From sequence record OR670491.1: a stretch of DNA of 64,000 nucleotides, one strand, 5' to 3'. Shown piece by piece: positions 58,935-64,000 of this stretch; position 1 is the first letter of the stretch; every line of letters begins with the position of its first letter. The notes under the pieces were generated by a model. That model had not been told where the DNA came from. It was given only the letters and a program-made list of their open reading frames with translations, and did not search any database. Made by a program: the position numbers and the translations under genes.

Positions 58935-59091
58935 ATGGATGTACTTTATGAAACAAAAATATGCACCGCCTTTAAACGAAAGTATTAGCTACATTCACTG
59001 GAATGTAATCAAAAACCCTTCGTTATATAAACGATATTTCGTAGAACCAAATACTGGTTGGTTTTTAATGGAACTTATTTTTAGGGATTAA
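58921..59091 (+). CDS. MTHEEW-family micro-protein (56 aa)
   Basis: Hand-translated MSHSEWMYFMKQKY...WFLMELIFRD. Confidence 0.65.
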   Translation: MSHSEWMYFMKQKYAPPLNESISYIHWNVIKNPSLYKRYFVEPNTGWFLMELIFRD

Positions 59092-59093
59092 TC

Positions 59094-59255
59094 ATGACAC
59101 ATGAAATTTGGTTAAACTTAATGGCACACGATTTAAAACGAAGTATTAAACACTGGGATCTATATCTGATGATGACTATCAATTCACCTGTGTACTATAA
59201 ATCTGTACTAGATGCTTCGGCCCTTACTTTCATTGCAATTTCTATGAGTAGATAA
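59094..59255 (+). CDS. MTHEEW-family micro-protein (53 aa)
   Basis: MTHEIWLNLM...FIAISMSR. Confidence 0.65.
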   Translation: MTHEIWLNLMAHDLKRSIKHWDLYLMMTINSPVYYKSVLDASALTFIAISMSR

Positions 59256-59256
59256 T

Positions 59257-59421
59257 ATGTCATACGATGAATGGTTTGGTATGTGTCTCAAGAGATATTA
59301 CGGAGACATATACTATTTTGAGAATTTCATTTATAATTGTTTACGAAATAAAGATGAATACTATTCTAATATAGTTGTAAATGACGATTTCAGTACTTAC
59401 ATAGGTATATGTTTATCATGA
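59257..59421 (+). CDS. MTHEEW-family micro-protein (54 aa)
   Basis: MSYDEWFGM...YIGICLS. Confidence 0.65.
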   Translation: MSYDEWFGMCLKRYYGDIYYFENFIYNCLRNKDEYYSNIVVNDDFSTYIGICLS

Positions 59422-59429
59422 GGTAACTA

Positions 59430-59615
59430 ATGACATATCAAGACTGGATTGAACGAATGGACAGAATCTTTGCCAATGACGTTTTTTATTTCAGAACAGG
59501 GGGTCTGGATAAAAGCATCAAAGACGATACTCTGTTTACCAGATGTATCATTGACTATCTGGATTGTTATGGTACAATGTATGGTATTGCCCGTACTACG
59601 GATAAAGATGAATGA
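59430..59615 (+). CDS. MTHEEW-family micro-protein (61 aa)
   Basis: MTYQDWIERM; GAGG RBS. Confidence 0.7.
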   Translation: MTYQDWIERMDRIFANDVFYFRTGGLDKSIKDDTLFTRCIIDYLDCYGTMYGIARTTDKDE

Positions 59616-59785
59616 CACATAAAGAATGGTTGGTACAAACTAAACACTCGGTTATACCAGGTATGAAATTTTGGAATGAACAGTTGATGCACTTCGTAAG
59701 TAATAAAGTGTATTACGATGCATTCTTTGGAAAACATGCTACAATTGAGGTTCATGTGTATTATGCTATTGCATTTAGTGATTAA
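59612..59785 (+). CDS. MTHEEW-family micro-protein (57 aa)
   Basis: MTHKEWLVQ; ATGA overlap. Confidence 0.65.
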   Translation: MTHKEWLVQTKHSVIPGMKFWNEQLMHFVSNKVYYDAFFGKHATIEVHVYYAIAFSD

Positions 59786-59788
59786 TTT

Positions 59789-59953
59789 ATGAAATATGAC
59801 CATTTAAAATACTATGCTGATAGAATAAATTATTATCCCTTTTATATAAGAAGCTTAGATGCATTAATATCAAAAAAAGTTGTATATAAACGATCTCAAG
59901 CTGATCTAACCAATATAGCATTCATTCTTGCAGTACTGTCTAAAATGGGATAA
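59789..59953 (+). CDS. divergent micro-protein (54 aa), probably the same family
   Basis: MKYDHL...VY...IAFILAVLSKMG; same length and position in the array but lacks Trp6. Confidence 0.5.
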   Translation: MKYDHLKYYADRINYYPFYIRSLDALISKKVVYKRSQADLTNIAFILAVLSKMG

Positions 59954-59978
59954 TGTTAAATTAGGATGAATACAAAAT

Positions 59979-60170
59979 ATGACACATGAACAATGGATGA
60001 AACAATTCAGTGAGGATTATAAAGCTGCCATATCCTTTTATGGAAAAAGATTCAACTATCTTTTTTGTAGTGAATATCATTATAGAAATATAGTTCTTTA
60101 TGAACAAACAGAAGGTGAAAAAGCTGCCGACCATTGGGTTGTAATGTACATCCTTGCTATGTCAAAATAA
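59979..60170 (+). CDS. MTHEEW-family micro-protein (63 aa)
   Basis: MTHEQWMKQF...YILAMSK. Confidence 0.7.
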   Translation: MTHEQWMKQFSEDYKAAISFYGKRFNYLFCSEYHYRNIVLYEQTEGEKAADHWVVMYILAMSK

Positions 60171-60281
60171 CACAAAAAATATTTTAATAAATATATAGAC
60201 AATAGCGTTATATGAGATATAATGTTTGTCGTGAAGGAGAAAAGCATGATCGATGAATTCGACGGCTTTTAAATAATACAT

Positions 60282-60455
<174 letters not shown>

Positions 60456-60459
60456 TTTT

Positions 60460-60849
60460 ATGCATAGTACTGATGTGATATTACACGGAGTGAGATGTAC
60501 AAATTTACTTTTGGTATCATATATACCAGCACGTGTAAATCGCCAAGACATGGTATATCCAACTTCTAATACAGCAGTGCTAAAAGATGATACACAACTC
60601 GCCTACCGTTATACATTCGCTTATTCACCATATAGTGCTTTGCATGTTATCTTCAAAGAAGATGGTACAGTACAAGTGAAATATGTTGATAATGATCAGT
60701 TTAACGATGCTATCATCTCCAACTTCACTATACATGATACTGAAGAAGAGTTATTCATGAAAAGTACTATACAAAATGATTTTGGTATAGGCACTAAAGA
60801 AATTGAAACATTTCGCTTGATCTGGGATGAGTATTTTGGTACAATTTAG
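60460..60849 (+). CDS. EExxFQxS-motif family protein
   Basis: DTEEELFMKSTIQND. Confidence 0.75.
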   Translation: MHSTDVILHGVRCTNLLLVSYIPARVNRQDMVYPTSNTAVLKDDTQLAYRYTFAYSPYSALHVIFKEDGTVQVKYVDNDQFNDAIISNFTIHDTEEELFMKSTIQNDFGIGTKEIETFRLIWDEYFGTI

Positions 60850-60881
60850 TACTGATAAATATTAATGAAAGGTATAGAGAA

Positions 60882-61079
60882 ATGACTAAATCCGAACTTC
60901 TGGCTTTATTAGAAAATTATCCAGATGATGCATGTATTGAAGTAGTTCACACTGCACAACATTTTGACATTGAAGATGTTGTACGATACAATGACAAAGG
61001 TGTGATGATTATGGAACTATGTATCGGTGCTTTGAAAACTGTGCCAGAATCAACTAAACGAAAATCCCAAAAGGAATAA
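60882..61079 (+). CDS. hypothetical protein
   Basis: MTKSELLALLENYPDDA.. common phage small-protein pattern. Confidence 0.65.
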   Translation: MTKSELLALLENYPDDACIEVVHTAQHFDIEDVVRYNDKGVMIMELCIGALKTVPESTKRKSQKE

Positions 61080-61085
61080 AATATT

Positions 61086-61319
61086 ATGGAAACTAATACA
61101 ATTTTAGATGTAGTAAACAGTGTTAATACTGGTGACTTTGTTCACATTCTTTTATCCAACATCCGCGTTAAGGGTATTGTTGAAAGTGTTGATTCTGAAG
61201 TTCTAACTATTGTTGAAGTTGATCCATACGACAATAATAAATCAGTTCGTCTGTGCATTGATGTTTCCAAAATTGTAGCACTCGGTACAGAAATTATTAC
61301 TGAAGAAACTAATCTATAA
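61086..61319 (+). CDS. small Sm-like-fold protein (putative)
   Basis: VHILLSNIRVKGIVESVDSEVLTI...CIDVSKIVAL Sm1/Sm2-like pattern. Confidence 0.45.
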   Translation: METNTILDVVNSVNTGDFVHILLSNIRVKGIVESVDSEVLTIVEVDPYDNNKSVRLCIDVSKIVALGTEIITEETNL

Positions 61320-61330
61320 AACGACAATAA

Positions 61331-61407
<77 letters not shown>

Positions 61408-61460
61408 CTTAAGAGGATTTAATATGTTTAAAGATGAACGTCCAGATTTGTAAATAATCA

Positions 61461-61489
61461 TTGACTAAATAATCCAGTACTGATAAAAT
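61461..61489 (+). promoter_or_regulatory. sigma70-like extended -10 promoter
   Basis: TTGACT-17-TAAAAT with CAGTACTGA immediately upstream of -10. Confidence 0.8.
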
Positions 61490-61495
61490 AAATTT

Positions 61496-61585
<90 letters not shown>

Positions 61586-61589
61586 ATAT

Positions 61590-61671
<82 letters not shown>

Positions 61672-61692
61672 ATTTTAATTTAAGGTGTATCC

Positions 61693-61857
61693 ATGACGCA
61701 TGAAGAATGGATGAATGATATTAATTTTAGATATTCGGGTATCGGTAGTTGGCGAAAATATCATTGGGAAATTATATCAGACCCAGCAGAATACGATAAA
61801 CTTATAAACCATGAAGTATATCCGTGGTTCTTTATTGAAATAATGGTACGAATATGA
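61693..61857 (+). CDS. MTHEEW-family micro-protein (54 aa)
   Basis: MTHEEWMNDINFRYSGIGSW...FFIEIMVRI; AAGGTG RBS. Confidence 0.7.
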   Translation: MTHEEWMNDINFRYSGIGSWRKYHWEIISDPAEYDKLINHEVYPWFFIEIMVRI

Positions 61858-62018
61858 CGCATGAAGAATGGATGAATGACATTAATTTTAGATATTCGGG
61901 TTTCGGTAAATGGCTAAAGTATCATTGGGAATTTATTACTGATCCTCAAATGTACGATAAACTTATAAATGATCAAGCATATGAAATTTACTTATTTGAA
62001 ATACTGGTCAGAACATGA
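61854..62018 (+). CDS. MTHEEW-family micro-protein (54 aa), near-duplicate of the previous
   Basis: MTHEEWMNDINFRYSGFGKW...YLFEILVRT. Confidence 0.7.
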   Translation: MTHEEWMNDINFRYSGFGKWLKYHWEFITDPQMYDKLINDQAYEIYLFEILVRT

Positions 62019-62179
62019 CGCATGAAGAATGGATGAGAAAACAAAAGCTAACATGGAATCCTTATTGTTACCAGTTAGACCCAAGAATGTGGGATGTGAT
62101 ACGTATTAAATGTATGTACAAATCATTTCTTGGTGATATAATGGATGTTGAAGTACTGATGAATTTAGTACATCGATAA
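62015..62179 (+). CDS. MTHEEW-family micro-protein (54 aa)
   Basis: MTHEEWMRKQKLTW...VLMNLVHR. Confidence 0.7.
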   Translation: MTHEEWMRKQKLTWNPYCYQLDPRMWDVIRIKCMYKSFLGDIMDVEVLMNLVHR

Positions 62180-62209
62180 TAAAAATCTTATTTAAATGGG
62201 ATTGATATC

Positions 62210-62571
<362 letters not shown>

Positions 62572-62575
<4 letters not shown>

Positions 62576-62600
62576 CTAAATAGTTCAGTACTGATAAAAT
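62572..62600 (+). promoter_or_regulatory. sigma70-like extended -10 promoter
   Basis: TTGACTAAATAGTTCAGTACTGA-TAAAAT. Confidence 0.8.
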
Positions 62601-62603
62601 GGT

Positions 62604-62740
62604 AAGGCGTGGAAATATGTTTACAGTAGTTACATAGTAGCCTGTACGCCCCACGTCAAGGTAGCCGAAAGGCAAGTTAAAAAGGGTGGTTATAAAGCTG
62701 AATTAACAGCGGCGTTTAAAAGCGTCACCATCCATTTTTT
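62604..62740 (+). ncRNA. putative structured non-coding RNA
   Basis: Follows a consensus promoter, locally GC-rich; GGCGT/ACGCC, GCC-GAAA-GGC, GGGTGG/CCATCC, GCTG/CAGC stems; ends in a T-run; no ORF with RBS. Confidence 0.5.
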
Positions 62741-62757
62741 TAATTAAAGTTGGTGAT

Positions 62758-63259
<502 letters not shown>

Positions 63260-63264
63260 AAATC

Positions 63265-63354
63265 GGTCCCGTTGCCTAGCGTCCGAAGGCAGCCGACTCA
63301 TAATCGGTCACAGTTAATGACACGCCACTGGTTAGAATCCAGTCGGGACCACCA
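63265..63354 (+). tRNA. tRNA with CAT anticodon (Met/Ile2) and long variable region
   Basis: GGTCCCG/CGGGACC acceptor, GCCGA-CTCATAA-TCGGT, T-loop TTAGAAT, ACCA end. Confidence 0.8.
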
Positions 63355-63358
63355 ATTA

Positions 63359-63431
63359 GACTCTGTAGTTCAGTTGGTAGAACGCTTCACTCATAATGAA
63401 GAAGTCGCTGGTTCAATCCCAGTACTGACCA
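63359..63431 (+). pseudogene. tRNA(CAT) pseudogene/chimera
   Basis: Intact D, anticodon (CTTCA-CTCATAA-TGAAG) and T arms; acceptor strands GACTCTG and ACTGACC do not pair. Confidence 0.6.
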
Positions 63432-63439
63432 CAAAAAAA

Positions 63440-64000
<561 letters not shown>

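Overview
A 64-kb, AT-rich (roughly 34% GC, estimated by eye), gene-dense segment of a lytic jumbo myophage. The gene set suggests the RaK2/GAP32/121Q-like enterobacterial jumbo group; this is inferred from gene content, not from a database search. The left ~36 kb is core genome: primase, DnaB-like helicase, two separate DnaE (Pol III alpha)-like fragments, clamp loader, two-subunit type II topoisomerase, nrdA/nrdB, DHFR, RNase H, Dda-like helicase, MazG-like NTP-PPase, IF3, ClpS-like, GroES-like, tandem T4 T-holin-like genes and putative virion proteins. The right ~28 kb is an early/accessory region with sigma70-like promoters. It holds a TelA/LemA-like membrane module, an intein-containing C5 DNA methyltransferase and a tRNA cluster with several atypical tRNAs and one unexplained structured RNA. 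The most notable unexplained patterns are three: (1) 14 otherwise divergent proteins that share a C-terminal EExxFQxS(T/L)(I/V) motif; (2) arrays of ~54-aa micro-proteins starting M(T/S)(H/Y)xxW; (3) an approximately 4-5-fold over-representation of the palindrome AGTACT, which also sits next to the -10 box of the tRNA-region promoters.
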